A DNA stretch of 64,000 nucleotides from Candidatus Multivoradales bacterium (GTDB lineage Bacteria; Acidobacteriota; Thermoanaerobaculia; Multivoradales; Multivoraceae): the NCBI GenBank assembly GCA_965223325.1, contig CBDCWI010000001.1, positions 1,312,001 through 1,376,000 on the forward strand. Reading direction: 5' to 3'. This document shows positions 29,194 through 38,934 of the stretch, piece by piece. The notes below the pieces were generated by a model. It was not told the origin of the DNA, did not search any database, and saw nothing but the letters and a program-made list of their open reading frames with translations. Each line of letters starts with the position of its first letter. The first letter of the stretch is position 1. Made by a program: the position numbers and the translations under genes.

Positions 29194-30132
29194 ATGAGCG
29201 CACCAGAACTCATCGACCCCGACCAACGGGCCGTTCTGGTGACCGGGGCCAGCGGCTTTCTCGGTCGTCATGTCTGCCGCCATCTGGCAGCGCGAGGTGC
29301 GACGGTCCACGCCATCACCCGTTCTGACCCAGGCGAGCAAAGCCTCGAGAACTCGATGGAAGCGGTGGTGCGATGGCACCAGCTGGACCTCCAGGATGCT
29401 TCCGCTGTTCGAGAGACTGTCAAAGGCATCGCGCCCGACGCGACGATCCACCTGGCCAGCCTGGTCAAGGGCTCGCGTGACCACTCCCTGGTCTTGCCGA
29501 TGTTCGAGGCCAACCTGCGCTCCACCGTGCACCTACTCGCGGCGGCAACCGAGAGTGGCTGCCGACGCTTTGTCCAGGCCGGATCGCTCGAGGAGCCGGC
29601 CGCCTCTGACCCCGCCCCCGCCGCCTCGCCCTACGCCGTCGCCAAAGCAGCAGCGGCCGAGTACTGCCGCTACTACCATCACGCTTACGATCTCTCAGTG
29701 GCGCTGGCGCGCATCTTCATGGTCTACGGACCGGGTCTCCAGGACGAGAACAAGCTGGTGCCCTACGTCATCTCACATCTCCTGAGCGGCAAGGCAGTGG
29801 AGCTCTCGAGCGGCGCACGGGCTGTCGACTGGGTCTACGTAGACGATGTCGCCGAAGGCCTCGTACGGCTCGCCTGTCTGGAGGCGATCGAACCCGAGCC
29901 GGTCGACCTCGGGAGCGGTGACCTCGAAACAGTAGGAGACCTCGTGCGCCAAATCTACGACCAACTCGGAGAGGAGGCCGAGCCGCCGCTGGGAACGCTG
30001 ACCGACCGCGCCAACGAAACCGTCCGCCGTGCGAATACAAAAGACACCTGGAAGCGAACCGGCTGGAGACCCAAGACCGCTCTCGACGACGGTCTGGCCG
30101 CGACCATCGACTGGTTCCGCCAGCGCTCATGA
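29194..30132 (+). CDS. NAD-dependent epimerase/dehydratase
   Basis: TGASGFLG, HLAS, YAVAK, RIFMVYGPG, DWVYVDDV. Confidence 0.92.
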   Translation: MSAPELIDPDQRAVLVTGASGFLGRHVCRHLAARGATVHAITRSDPGEQSLENSMEAVVRWHQLDLQDASAVRETVKGIAPDATIHLASLVKGSRDHSLVLPMFEANLRSTVHLLAAATESGCRRFVQAGSLEEPAASDPAPAASPYAVAKAAAAEYCRYYHHAYDLSVALARIFMVYGPGLQDENKLVPYVISHLLSGKAVELSSGARAVDWVYVDDVAEGLVRLACLEAIEPEPVDLGSGDLETVGDLVRQIYDQLGEEAEPPLGTLTDRANETVRRANTKDTWKRTGWRPKTALDDGLAATIDWFRQRS

Positions 30133-30140
30133 GCGAACTT

Positions 30141-31430
30141 CTAGGCGACGGCTTCGTCAGCTAGAGCCTCGTTCTCCGGGACGGCAGCCTCCCGCTCTTC
30201 GGGCGGTGGAAGCCGCCCGAAGAGGCGAAGGACCACCATCCACGCGGCGAAGATGCAGAGCGCACCCAGAAAGAAGGGAGCTCCGGGCAGCTCGACCGGG
30301 GCACGCTCCGAAGTGAAGTAGCTGAACAAGCCGGTGGTGAAGATGAGCGGCGCAACGATGTTGGTGACACTGACGAGGGCCGTCAAAGAGCCCTGAACCC
30401 TGCCCTGCTCGGACGGCGAAACAGCACCCGCGACCATGCCGTTGATCGCCGGGCCGGCAACTCCGGCAATCGAACCCCCGACAATCACCGCGATGATCAT
30501 CCAGCCTTCAGACGCCAGGCCGTACCCGATGTAGCTGAAGACCGACAGCCCGAGGCCAAAGAGAATCGCTCGCCGTTCGCCAATGCGCGACACCACCGGC
30601 TTGACCAGAAAGCCCTGGACGATCACCGCGGTCACGCCAACCAGCGCCAGCGCCAGGCCGTTGGTCATCTCGTCCCAGCCGTAGCGATAGCCGGTGTAGA
30701 GCACCCAGACATTCTCGAGACCACGCTGCGACATCGAGATGAGAACGAAGGCCACCGCCAGGCCGGCAACGATCGGGTACTTGCGCAGGTTGCCGATACT
30801 CGACATCGGGTTGATGTTCTTCCACTCGAACTTGCCCCGCTTTTCGGGAGGCAGCGACTCGGGAAGTACAAAGAAGCCGTAGAGCCAGTTGATCATCACC
30901 AGCGCCGCCGAGACGTAGAACGGCAAACGCAACGAGATGCCACCCAGGAGACCTCCGAGCGCGGGCCCCATGATGAAGCCGAGGCCAAAGGCAACCCCAA
31001 CCAGACCGAAATTGCGCGCGCGGTTCTCGGGTGTCGATACGTCGGCGATGTAGGCATTGGCGGTCGTGATGCTGGCGCCCATGACACCGGCGATGGCACG
31101 GCCGAGAAACAGCCAGCCGATGCTCGGTGCCCAGCCCTGCAGCAGGTAGTCGATGCCGAGCCCGAAAAGGGAAACGAGAATCACCGGCCGACGCCCGAAG
31201 CGGTCCGAAAGCGCCCCGAGAATTGGTGCGAAGAAGAACTGCATCAGAGCGTAGGTCGCCGCGATGATGCCCACGTAGCGGCCAGCCAGGGCCGCATCGC
31301 CACCCATGAACTCTTTGACCAGCTCGGGCAGGATCGGAACGATGATCCCGATTCCCAGGATGTCCAGGAACAGGGTGACCAGAATGAAGGCCATCGCGGC
31401 CTGGCGGTTCTTTGCTCTCGACATTGCCAT
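30141..31430 (-). CDS. TCR/Tet family MFS efflux transporter
   Basis: [13 protein letters not shown], motif A ([12 protein letters not shown]), [10 protein letters not shown], 12 TM-like segments. Confidence 0.93.
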   Translation of the reverse strand: MAMSRAKNRQAAMAFILVTLFLDILGIGIIVPILPELVKEFMGGDAALAGRYVGIIAATYALMQFFFAPILGALSDRFGRRPVILVSLFGLGIDYLLQGWAPSIGWLFLGRAIAGVMGASITTANAYIADVSTPENRARNFGLVGVAFGLGFIMGPALGGLLGGISLRLPFYVSAALVMINWLYGFFVLPESLPPEKRGKFEWKNINPMSSIGNLRKYPIVAGLAVAFVLISMSQRGLENVWVLYTGYRYGWDEMTNGLALALVGVTAVIVQGFLVKPVVSRIGERRAILFGLGLSVFSYIGYGLASEGWMIIAVIVGGSIAGVAGPAINGMVAGAVSPSEQGRVQGSLTALVSVTNIVAPLIFTTGLFSYFTSERAPVELPGAPFFLGALCIFAAWMVVLRLFGRLPPPEEREAAVPENEALADEAVA

Positions 31431-31543
31431 CTTGCTCGGGTGGTGAAACGGCTGAAAAACGGCGGCGCTTGCCCGACCGCCCCCTCGGGGTGCCTGAGAC
31501 TAAGGTGATCTCACCCGGCGCGCCAGCGCCGGGCAGGGACCCT

Positions 31544-31584
31544 GCTCTCTGTGGGCTCTCTGTGGGCTCTCTGTGGGCTCTCTG
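31544..31584. repeat. 11-bp tandem repeat (GCTCTCTGTGG) x3.7
   Basis: Exact copies in the divergent MFS/NHLP intergenic region. Confidence 0.85.
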
Positions 31585-31720
31585 ACGAGCCCCTCGAGGA
31601 GCTCTTTGAGCCAGGGCTCCATCCGATGGAGGGAGCGCTCCATCCAAGCGCGCCTCTCGACGCCGTCAAACGGGGTTGGCGCCCTTCCCGCAATCGCCGG
31701 CAGGCAGTTTTCTTGATCTT

Positions 31721-31747
31721 GTAAGTACCTGCAAGGAAAGGTCTTAC
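31721..31747. promoter_or_regulatory. Imperfect palindrome upstream of the sigma54-type promoter (IHF-like or activator site)
   Basis: GTAAGTACCT...AGGTCTTAC, about 50 bp upstream of the -24 box. Confidence 0.45.
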
Positions 31748-31798
31748 GCTGCACGCACCGGGGTTCCAAGGGCGCCATTCGAGGGCAGGCTCGAGAGC

Positions 31799-31814
31799 TG
31801 GCACAGCCAATGCA
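31799..31814 (+). promoter_or_regulatory. Sigma54 (RpoN) -24/-12 promoter for the NHLP precursor
   Basis: TGGCACAGCCAATGCA has GG-N10-GC spacing and is close to the consensus TGGCAC-N5-TTGCA; about 85 bp upstream of the ATG. Confidence 0.7.
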
Positions 31815-31897
31815 CTATCCCACGCTGTACGCAACGGACTCCTCCAGTCCCCACTTTCCAAACCCTTGACCAATACCCACAACACAGGAGAAACGAA

Positions 31898-32230
31898 ATG
31901 GAACTTACCCGAGGCGAAATGCAGGATCTGCTGGCCAAGTTTGCGACCGAGAGCGACAGCTACCGTGAGCGTCTGCTTGCCGACCCCAAGGAAGTCATCC
32001 AGCGCCAGTTCGGTGTCGACGTCCCCGGCGCCGTCAGCGTGAAGGTGCTCACCGAGTCGGCCGACACGGTCTACGTGGTGCTGCCGCACATCGTCGAGCA
32101 GGGTGACGAGCTCTCCGACGCCGACCTCGAGGCGGTCGCCGGCGGCCACTCGATCATCAAGGAGGCCAACTGCCAGGACTCCGATGGTGCGCTCAACACC
32201 GTCAACAACTTCGAGATGTCGCTGGTCTAG
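31898..32230 (+). CDS. NHLP (nitrile hydratase-like leader peptide) RiPP precursor
   Basis: AGGAG RBS; leader YRERLLADPKEVI...VKVLTESADTVYVVLP...ELSDADLEAVAGG; predicted 27-aa core HSIIKEANCQDSDGALNTVNNFEMSLV. Confidence 0.9.
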   Translation: MELTRGEMQDLLAKFATESDSYRERLLADPKEVIQRQFGVDVPGAVSVKVLTESADTVYVVLPHIVEQGDELSDADLEAVAGGHSIIKEANCQDSDGALNTVNNFEMSLV

Positions 32231-32240
32231 GTCGACGACT

Positions 32241-32300
32241 GAGGACGGCGGGTCGGCCTGGTCGACCCGCCACTCCTCGCCCCGTTTTCTGTTCTTTTCC
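32241..32300 (+). terminator. Intrinsic terminator after the NHLP precursor
   Basis: GAGGACGGCGGGTCG...CGACCCGCCACTCCTC stem followed by the T-rich tract GTTTTCTGTTCTTTT. Confidence 0.7.
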
Positions 32301-32507
32301 CCGCACCTTTCTTGATCTGATTTCCCCGCTTTGCTTTCTAGTTTGACTTTCTAGTCCCTTCGCTTCGGAGCCACGCTCTTCTCACCTCATCAGGTTCCGA
32401 AGCTTCTCGAGCCCGGCGCGGCCCCTCAGCCGCTCCGGGCCTTTCTCTTTTGTGCAGTTCTCGGCGAGCGAGCCCGCGCGCGCGGGGACCGGTACACTCC
32501 GCGCACG

Positions 32508-33452
32508 ATGGGAATCCCACGAGGCAGTGCGCGCCTCTTGTTTCGCGAAGCTCGAGCACGCCCCTTCTCGGGCACGGTGCTGCAGCTCGGCCGGTCTTCG
32601 ATCTACTTCACGGAGCGTGAGCTCGAGAACTGGGCCGCGCGTGATCGCTTCGCGCTCACGCCGCGTCGCGGAGAGGAACCTGCGGCACGACTCTCCCACG
32701 ACCCGCGCCTCGCGGCCCTGGGCTGTATGGACGACCGGGCATTCTTCGAGCGCCTCGGCTTCGATGCGGTCGAGAGCAGCGACATCGAAGAATGGGAGGG
32801 CGCCGATCACATCTTCGACCTCAACGACGAGCTCCCCGAACAACTCGTCGAGCGCTTCGATGCGGTGTTCGAGACCGGCACGATCGTGCAGATCTTCGAT
32901 CTTCCACGGGTGCTCTCGAACCTGGCGCGTCTGGTCAAACCCGGCGGGCGGATCATTCACTGCGCCGTCCCGTCGAACAACCACATGGACCTCGGCTTCT
33001 ACATGCTCTGCCCGAGCTTCTTCGCCGACTTCTACTCGGCCAACGGCTGGCGCATCGAGTGCCACTGGCTGTGCGAGTACTACGCCTGGTGGCACGGCGG
33101 CAAGCTGCACTCTGACCGCTGGCGGGTCTATGAGTACACCCCCGGCGCTCTCGACGCACTGAGCTATGGGCGCTACGGCGGTGCCCAGGCGGCGACTTTC
33201 ATGGTGGCGACCAGGGTCGACGGGTCGACCGGAGACATAAGACCGCAACTCGGCCACTACCAAAGAGCGTGGCAGGACTTCGAAGATCAAGGAGGCGCCG
33301 ACGACGCGGTCGCCGGGCTCACCCGTGCCGGGGCGGCCGACAACATGTCGCCCGCCATGCTTCGTTTCACAGCGCCCTGGAAGCGCGTCGCCGAAACCGT
33401 CCGGCGCCGGCTACTACCGCGCCGCATGCCCAGACTCATCGCACGCGTTTGA
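32508..33452 (+). CDS. Class I SAM-dependent methyltransferase-like protein
   Basis: VLQLG...DLN...FDAVFETGT...LVKPGGRIIH resemble Rossmann methyltransferase motifs. Confidence 0.75.
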   Translation: MGIPRGSARLLFREARARPFSGTVLQLGRSSIYFTERELENWAARDRFALTPRRGEEPAARLSHDPRLAALGCMDDRAFFERLGFDAVESSDIEEWEGADHIFDLNDELPEQLVERFDAVFETGTIVQIFDLPRVLSNLARLVKPGGRIIHCAVPSNNHMDLGFYMLCPSFFADFYSANGWRIECHWLCEYYAWWHGGKLHSDRWRVYEYTPGALDALSYGRYGGAQAATFMVATRVDGSTGDIRPQLGHYQRAWQDFEDQGGADDAVAGLTRAGAADNMSPAMLRFTAPWKRVAETVRRRLLPRRMPRLIARV

Positions 33453-34374
33453 ACCAGAACGATCCGAAGTGGCTGTCGTAGTCGGGCGCCGCAAGCGGCC
33501 GGTAGCCACCCGGGATCGAACCGTCGAGGACTGAGGCGAGGAAGGCCTCGTCGTGGTGACGAATCATCGGTGGTGCGAGCCAGATCTCGAAGTCGTTGTT
33601 GAACGCCAGGAAAGCCTGCAGCAGCATCGCCTCCGTCCAGTAGCGTGGCCACTTTCCGTCGACGACGTTCTGCTGCACCGGGTGCGGCACGTTGTAGGGG
33701 AAGTGAACGTCGTGCGCATGAATGAGAACTCCCGGTGCAAGGCGCGGCACTACTTCGAGATAGAGGTGCGGTACGTCGCCGTCGATCTTGACCACGTGCG
33801 TCGAGTCGATGAACAAGACATCGCCCTCGGCGAGGCATGAAAACCAGTCCGGTGACACGTCCTGTACCGCCTCGCCGCGAACCTCGAGGCCCGGGATGGT
33901 GCGCACCCGGTCGCGCGCGAAGGGGTCGACGGCGATCATTTCGCACTCGTGACCTTCGGCGCGGTTCCGCTCCAGCGCCTGACTCGCCCACCAGGTGGAG
34001 AGACCCGAACCAATCTCGACGAAACGTCGAGGCCTTACGCCACGCAACACGAGATAGAGGAACTGGGAGTCGTGGAGGGTGAATCCCGGGCCGTATCCCA
34101 TGCGCTTCGTCTCGTCGTAGGACGGCAACGCTTCGAGCTCGGAGCCGAAACGCCGAGCGAGATCCCCGAGGCGCTCCTTCATTGCGTCGAGCTCCCAGCG
34201 AAGACCCGGTAGTTCACTCGGCCGGTCCCATCGGGCGCGGTTCCTCAGAACTTCGCTACGAGTTGGCAGCGGCGAGTAGTAGTCGGACGTCTTTGCCAGA
34301 TTGAAGCCGAGTGCTTCAAAGGCACGCACGCCCACGCGCAGGCCTGCCCGGTAGGCGCGACGAAGTGGATTCAC
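33436..34374 (-). CDS. Class I SAM-dependent methyltransferase (Methyltransf_24-like)
   Basis: [45 protein letters not shown]; the GTG start overlaps the upstream stop. Confidence 0.88.
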   Translation of the reverse strand: MNPLRRAYRAGLRVGVRAFEALGFNLAKTSDYYSPLPTRSEVLRNRARWDRPSELPGLRWELDAMKERLGDLARRFGSELEALPSYDETKRMGYGPGFTLHDSQFLYLVLRGVRPRRFVEIGSGLSTWWASQALERNRAEGHECEMIAVDPFARDRVRTIPGLEVRGEAVQDVSPDWFSCLAEGDVLFIDSTHVVKIDGDVPHLYLEVVPRLAPGVLIHAHDVHFPYNVPHPVQQNVVDGKWPRYWTEAMLLQAFLAFNNDFEIWLAPPMIRHHDEAFLASVLDGSIPGGYRPLAAPDYDSHFGSFWFKRVR

Positions 34375-35441
34375 GGGTTGGCGTCGGCAGCTGAGGCGGC
34401 GGCGTTCGTCCAACAGAGCGCGCGGTCGAGCCGACCCTCGTCCATCAGCTCTTCGAGCCGTTTGAGCCGCACATAGCGACTGCCCTCGAACTGCTCGAGC
34501 GTCAAGCCGATCTCCTGATACGCGGTATGGAGGCGTTTTGCAGCTCGCTCCGGATCCCACTGTGGGTCGAAGGCTGGAACAGCCACCCCGAGGGCATCGC
34601 AGTCGACACGGTAGGTGCGCTGGTCACCGCTGGCGCCTTCGGCGATTTCGACCTCGGTCCCTGGAACCGCCGCCGCGACAATGTCTGCCAACTCGCGGAT
34701 GCGGTAGTTGTGCTCCGTGCGGCCAACGTTGAAGGCGCGATCGAAGACCGCCTCACGATCTGCCTCGACGACCGCCAGGAAAGCCCGCGAAATGTCCTCG
34801 ACGTGCACGATCGGCCGCCAGGCCATGCCGTCGGAAAGCAGTCGCACGCGCCCGGTGGTATGTGCCCAGGCGACCAGGTTGTTGAGCACCAGGTCAAGCC
34901 GCAGGAGAGGCGCGAGACCGTAGGCGGTGGCGTTCCTGAGGTATGTGGGGGTAAAGCTCGGGTTGGCGAGCTCGGAGAGCGCCTGTTCGAGGCGCACCTT
35001 CTCGACTCCGTAGGGCGTGACGGGGTTGAGCTCGGCCGACTCGTCGAGAAAATCGTCGCCGGCAGCGCCGTAGGAACTGCATGACGACGAGAACACAAAA
35101 CGCGGCACTCCCGCCCCGCGCGCCAGCTCCGCGAGCCGTAGCGAGGCGCTGTAGTTGATCTCCGTGGTGAGCTCGGCGTTGAGGTTGCCGAGCGGATCGT
35201 TCGACAGTGCTGCCAGGTGAACGACCGCATCGAAGCCCTCGAGATCACCAACCTCGACCTGGCGGATGTCTTTCGGGGTTCCTTCGCGGCCCGGGCCGGC
35301 TTCGTCGGCGGCGCCCTCGGGAAGGGCGCAGTCGACGAACCATCCGGCGTCGAGCCCTGTGACGTCGTGGCCGGCGCGTTGGAAGAGCGGCACAAGAACG
35401 CTGCCGATATAACCGGTGTGACCGGTGACGAGAACTCGCAT
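34371..35441 (-). CDS. NAD-dependent nucleotide-sugar epimerase/dehydratase
   Basis: [44 protein letters not shown]. Confidence 0.92.
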   Translation of the reverse strand: MRVLVTGHTGYIGSVLVPLFQRAGHDVTGLDAGWFVDCALPEGAADEAGPGREGTPKDIRQVEVGDLEGFDAVVHLAALSNDPLGNLNAELTTEINYSASLRLAELARGAGVPRFVFSSSCSSYGAAGDDFLDESAELNPVTPYGVEKVRLEQALSELANPSFTPTYLRNATAYGLAPLLRLDLVLNNLVAWAHTTGRVRLLSDGMAWRPIVHVEDISRAFLAVVEADREAVFDRAFNVGRTEHNYRIRELADIVAAAVPGTEVEIAEGASGDQRTYRVDCDALGVAVPAFDPQWDPERAAKRLHTAYQEIGLTLEQFEGSRYVRLKRLEELMDEGRLDRALCWTNAAASAADANP

Positions 35442-35447
35442 GACGTT

Positions 35448-36653
35448 TCAGTTTCCTTGGACGGTGCCGAAGTTTGCCGCGACAATGGCCAGGTCGCTGC
35501 CGTCGATCGCGAGATCGTCGTTGAGGTCGGCACGCTGGTCCCAACGCGAACCGTTGAGATCGGCACCGAAGGCCAGGCCGAGCAGGATGAGGTCGATGCC
35601 GTCAACGCGACCGTCGCCATCGACATCGCCTCCGAACCCACCACCGACAGCGTCGGTACGGAACTCGGTGATCGCGCGGTCGAAAACGTTGGCCGGGGTG
35701 TCCAGGTCAGCGGCGCGCAGGCTGACGTTGACCGTACCGCTCCACGGTACCGGCGGCTCGTGCTGAATGGTGACATTGCGCGTCGTACCAACGACGGTGC
35801 TCTCGACGATCTGCCCGTCGATCCGCAGCTCGACCGTCGCCATGTCGATGCCGGCGCCGAAGTCCCAGATCTGCACGGTCACCGGAGTGATGTCAGGTAC
35901 CTCGACGGCCTTGTTTTCCGGGCTGATAACGGACGGCACTGGCGGCACGTTGTCGAGACCCTGGAGAACGTCGGCGAAGGTGCGGGCCATCAGGTCGTAG
36001 CCCTGCGGGTTGGGATGGCCAACAGCATCTTCGCTGGCGGGAACCGGGTCGTACAGCGACTGTAGATCGCCCCGGGTAATCCACACCTCGTAGTTATCCA
36101 CCAGGTCGCGCCCTTCGCCACCGGCAATCTCGCGGATCCCACGCACGACGCGGTCGGTGAGCACATTGTCGCTGTCTTGCCGGGCGCTCTCGCGGCGCGG
36201 AATCGGGCTGGCGTGCACGACTGCCATTCCGCGGTTGGTCGCGCGGTTCGCGAGCTCACGCAAGTTGAAGATCGTCGACTCGAGAGACAGCCCCGAACCC
36301 CTCTGCACGTCGTTGGTTCCCAACATCAGAAGGAGCACATCGCCGTCGGCATCGGCGAGGACCGAGTTGATGACCTCGAGCGCCTCTGCCGTGTTGTCAC
36401 CTTCCGTCCCGTAGTTGAGGACGGTGGCGTTGGTGAGCAGCGCTTCGAGCCGTCTCGGATAACCGGCGTCCGGACCGAGCGGTACCGAGTCGCCAGTGCC
36501 GGCCGTGATGCTGTCGCCAAAGGCGACGTAGACCGTCTGCGCGCTCAGGGTAGCACCGCAAACCAGGCCGACGAGGAGCGCCACCATCACGTACCGAACG
36601 GGCAGCGAGCGTTGGGCTCCTGGTAGCAAGCGACAGATGGCGGTAGCGTTCAT
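35448..36653 (-). CDS. Secreted SGNH/GDSL hydrolase with C-terminal dockerin-like domain
   Basis: FGDSIT, LGTND, DAVGHPNPQGY; C-terminal GDVDGDGRVDGIDL...ADLNDDLAIDGSDL paired Ca-binding loops. Confidence 0.88.
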   Translation of the reverse strand: MNATAICRLLPGAQRSLPVRYVMVALLVGLVCGATLSAQTVYVAFGDSITAGTGDSVPLGPDAGYPRRLEALLTNATVLNYGTEGDNTAEALEVINSVLADADGDVLLLMLGTNDVQRGSGLSLESTIFNLRELANRATNRGMAVVHASPIPRRESARQDSDNVLTDRVVRGIREIAGGEGRDLVDNYEVWITRGDLQSLYDPVPASEDAVGHPNPQGYDLMARTFADVLQGLDNVPPVPSVISPENKAVEVPDITPVTVQIWDFGAGIDMATVELRIDGQIVESTVVGTTRNVTIQHEPPVPWSGTVNVSLRAADLDTPANVFDRAITEFRTDAVGGGFGGDVDGDGRVDGIDLILLGLAFGADLNGSRWDQRADLNDDLAIDGSDLAIVAANFGTVQGN

Positions 36654-36808
36654 GATCTCGGTTGTCACAGTGCGCCCCGTCCGCAGGAAAACCTGAGGAG
36701 GGCATGAGACGCTCCTCGAGGGCTCTCTTCCAGTGCTCTCCTGAAGGCCGTTCGAAACGGCCGCTGGGCGATGGGCGCAACGCTTCAGATTCTACCGTTG
36801 TCGAACTC

Positions 36809-37609
36809 ATGACCACATTGCATTTTCTCGGTACCAACGGCTTCTACCCTTCGAGAAGCCGCCAAACCATGTGCTTTCTGCTCCGTGACAGCGGCCGCGC
36901 CCTCTTGCTCGACGCTGGGAGCGGGCTCGGGCGGTTGTTTTCGAACGACCTGACGGCCGACCTGCTCGTCGGAACAAAGCGGCTAGATGTTCTGCTCACG
37001 CACTACCACCTCGACCACATCATGGGCCTGGTCACCCTTTCCCATGCCTGGCAGGGAGACCTGGTGATTCACGGCCCCGAGGCTCCGCTGGTCGACGTAA
37101 GGAGCGCCCCGAAGGCACTCGAACGCCTCATCGCCCCGCCGCTCTTTCCCGTGTGCCTGGACGACTTCGCCTCTCAACCCGAAGTGCGCGGCTACGGCGG
37201 ACCGGAGGTGTGCGCCGCCGGCTTCGCTTTCCAGACGCGGCGGCAGAAGCACCCGGGTGGTTCGGTCGGCCTGCGGTTGGATGACCGACTGGCCTACATC
37301 ACCGACACCGCCGGCGACCCAGAGACGACGGTCTTCGCAAGAGGCGTACGGACTCTTCTCCACGAGGTCTGGGTCACCGCCGCCGAGGGCGAGCGAAACC
37401 CTCTTCTGCTGAGCGGCCACGCATCGACCGTCCAGGTCGCCGAGATCGCTCGTGCGGCTGGCGTCGAGCGATTGTTTCCGGTCCACCACCGGCCGGGTCG
37501 CAGCGACTCCGATCTCGAAGCCATCGTCCAGGAAATCAGAGAGGCGGGCGCGCCGCCAACCGAACTCGTGCTCGAGGGAGAGCACCGCGAGGTGGGGCTC
37601 AGGACTTAA
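36809..37609 (+). CDS. MBL-fold metallohydrolase (RNase BN/Z-like)
   Basis: FLGTNG, LDAGSG, THYHLDH, YITDT, HE, GH, HH. Confidence 0.88.
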   Translation: MTTLHFLGTNGFYPSRSRQTMCFLLRDSGRALLLDAGSGLGRLFSNDLTADLLVGTKRLDVLLTHYHLDHIMGLVTLSHAWQGDLVIHGPEAPLVDVRSAPKALERLIAPPLFPVCLDDFASQPEVRGYGGPEVCAAGFAFQTRRQKHPGGSVGLRLDDRLAYITDTAGDPETTVFARGVRTLLHEVWVTAAEGERNPLLLSGHASTVQVAEIARAAGVERLFPVHHRPGRSDSDLEAIVQEIREAGAPPTELVLEGEHREVGLRT

Positions 37610-38330
37610 ACAGCGCGTGAGCGCGCGCCAGATCCTCGGGGGTTCCGACGTCGAGCACGCGGCCCGCTTCGAAGCACACGGCAGTAGGCGATCCGCCGGT
37701 CTGGATCTCGCGCCGCAGCAGATCACCAACGTAGAGCTCGGCGCTCGCTCCGGTCTCGAGGTTCTCGGTCATACGCTTGGCGGTCCGAGAACCGAGGAGT
37801 GCTATCGACCAGGTGAAGGCCAAGCCCCGGTCGGGCTGTTTGATGACGAAGTCCCGCGGGCGCCCTCCTTCGTCCAGAACCACCATGTCGCTCTTCTCGG
37901 GCCGGTCGCAGGGGAAAAGTCCCAGGACCAGACCGTCTTCGGTCATGGGTTCCTTCCGCAGGGCGGCGAAGGCGTCGCTGGGCTGGAAGAGAATGTCGGG
38001 GAAGGCCAGGGCAGCGGTGCGGCTCCCGAGGCGTGCGAAGGCGACCGCCAGGGTGTGCGGCACGCTCGGGGTGGGCGGGGTCTTCAGCCACTCGACCTCG
38101 ACCCCGAAGCGCCGGCCATCGCCAATCGCGGTTACGAGATCGGTCTTCTCGGGCCGGACGATGACCATCGCCCGGTGGATCCCACCCTCTGCCAGGCGTT
38201 CGAGGAGGTGGGCCATGAGGGGTCGACCGTCGAGCTCCAGGGCTTCCTTCGAGCCCCTGGGCCCGAGCTCACCGGCAAGGCGGGTCGCACGCCCGGCGGC
38301 CGGCAGTACGGCCACGATCTGCTCACTCAC
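37599..38330 (-). CDS. Sugar-phosphate nucleotidyltransferase (RmlA-like)
   Basis: VLPAAGRATRL...SKEAL, FPDILF, LDVGTPEDL. Confidence 0.85.
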   Translation of the reverse strand: MSEQIVAVLPAAGRATRLAGELGPRGSKEALELDGRPLMAHLLERLAEGGIHRAMVIVRPEKTDLVTAIGDGRRFGVEVEWLKTPPTPSVPHTLAVAFARLGSRTAALAFPDILFQPSDAFAALRKEPMTEDGLVLGLFPCDRPEKSDMVVLDEGGRPRDFVIKQPDRGLAFTWSIALLGSRTAKRMTENLETGASAELYVGDLLRREIQTGGSPTAVCFEAGRVLDVGTPEDLARAHALFKS

Positions 38331-38389
38331 GGGGTTGCACCCGGCGCTGGCCTTTGTCGCCGGGCCAAGTGAGCGATAGCCTGCACTTC

Positions 38390-38926
38390 ATGCCGAGCAC
38401 TCTCTCCGCCGACTTCAAGCGGCTGGCCGACTACCGAGAACGCCATTCGCTGTTGTTCTTTCTCGAAACCGCGCTGTTTGACAACGGTTTTCAGGCGGTG
38501 ATGATGCACCGCATTGCCCATCGCCTCAAGCGTTGGCGTATTCCCGGAATGGCGCCGCTGGTGGCGAGGCTCAATATCGCGATGACCGGCGTCGACATCT
38601 CTCCGCGCGCCGAGATCGGCCCGGGTCTTGTGATCAGTCACGGCGTCGGCCTGGTGATCGGCGGCAGCGTGACGATCGGGAAGAACGCCCTTCTCCACCA
38701 CGGGGTAACGGTGGGTGCCCCCACCCCAGGACGCATCGTCCAGATGCCGACTATCGGAGACGACGTCGTCCTCGGAACTGGCGCCACGGTGATCGGACCG
38801 GTGACCATCGGCGACGGTGCCTTCATCGGTGCCGGTGTTCTCTTGACGCGCGACGTTCCAGAGTGCGCCAAAGTGACCGTCGCCGGTGAGCCGCACATCG
38901 AGGTCGCCACCGATGAGTCGAGTTGA
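38390..38926 (+). CDS. Serine O-acetyltransferase-like hexapeptide-repeat acetyltransferase (CysE/EpsC-like)
   Basis: TGVDISPRAEIGPGLVISHGVGLVIG, PTIGDDVVLGTGA, left-handed beta-helix repeats. Confidence 0.88.
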   Translation: MPSTLSADFKRLADYRERHSLLFFLETALFDNGFQAVMMHRIAHRLKRWRIPGMAPLVARLNIAMTGVDISPRAEIGPGLVISHGVGLVIGGSVTIGKNALLHHGVTVGAPTPGRIVQMPTIGDDVVLGTGATVIGPVTIGDGAFIGAGVLLTRDVPECAKVTVAGEPHIEVATDESS

Positions 38927-38934
38927 GCTCGCGG

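Noticed and set aside
30141-31430. Calling the MFS gene tetA (tetracycline resistance)
   Set aside because: Only family-level similarity; no tetR or mobile context, so the substrate cannot be assigned.
31676-31897. Longer 184-aa version of the NHLP ORF
   Set aside because: The RBS and sigma54-type promoter lie inside the extension, supporting the start at 31898.
32147-32230. Precursor core as a lanthipeptide, azole peptide, polytheonamide-type peptide, or substrate of the PHM-like enzyme
   Set aside because: One Cys only, no Nx5N pattern, no N-x-S/T sequon, no C-terminal Gly for amidation, and no matching maturase in the window.
38390-38926. Assigning cysE (cysteine biosynthesis)
   Set aside because: Short protein with no cysK neighbour, in a glycan-locus context; a sugar acetyltransferase role is equally plausible.
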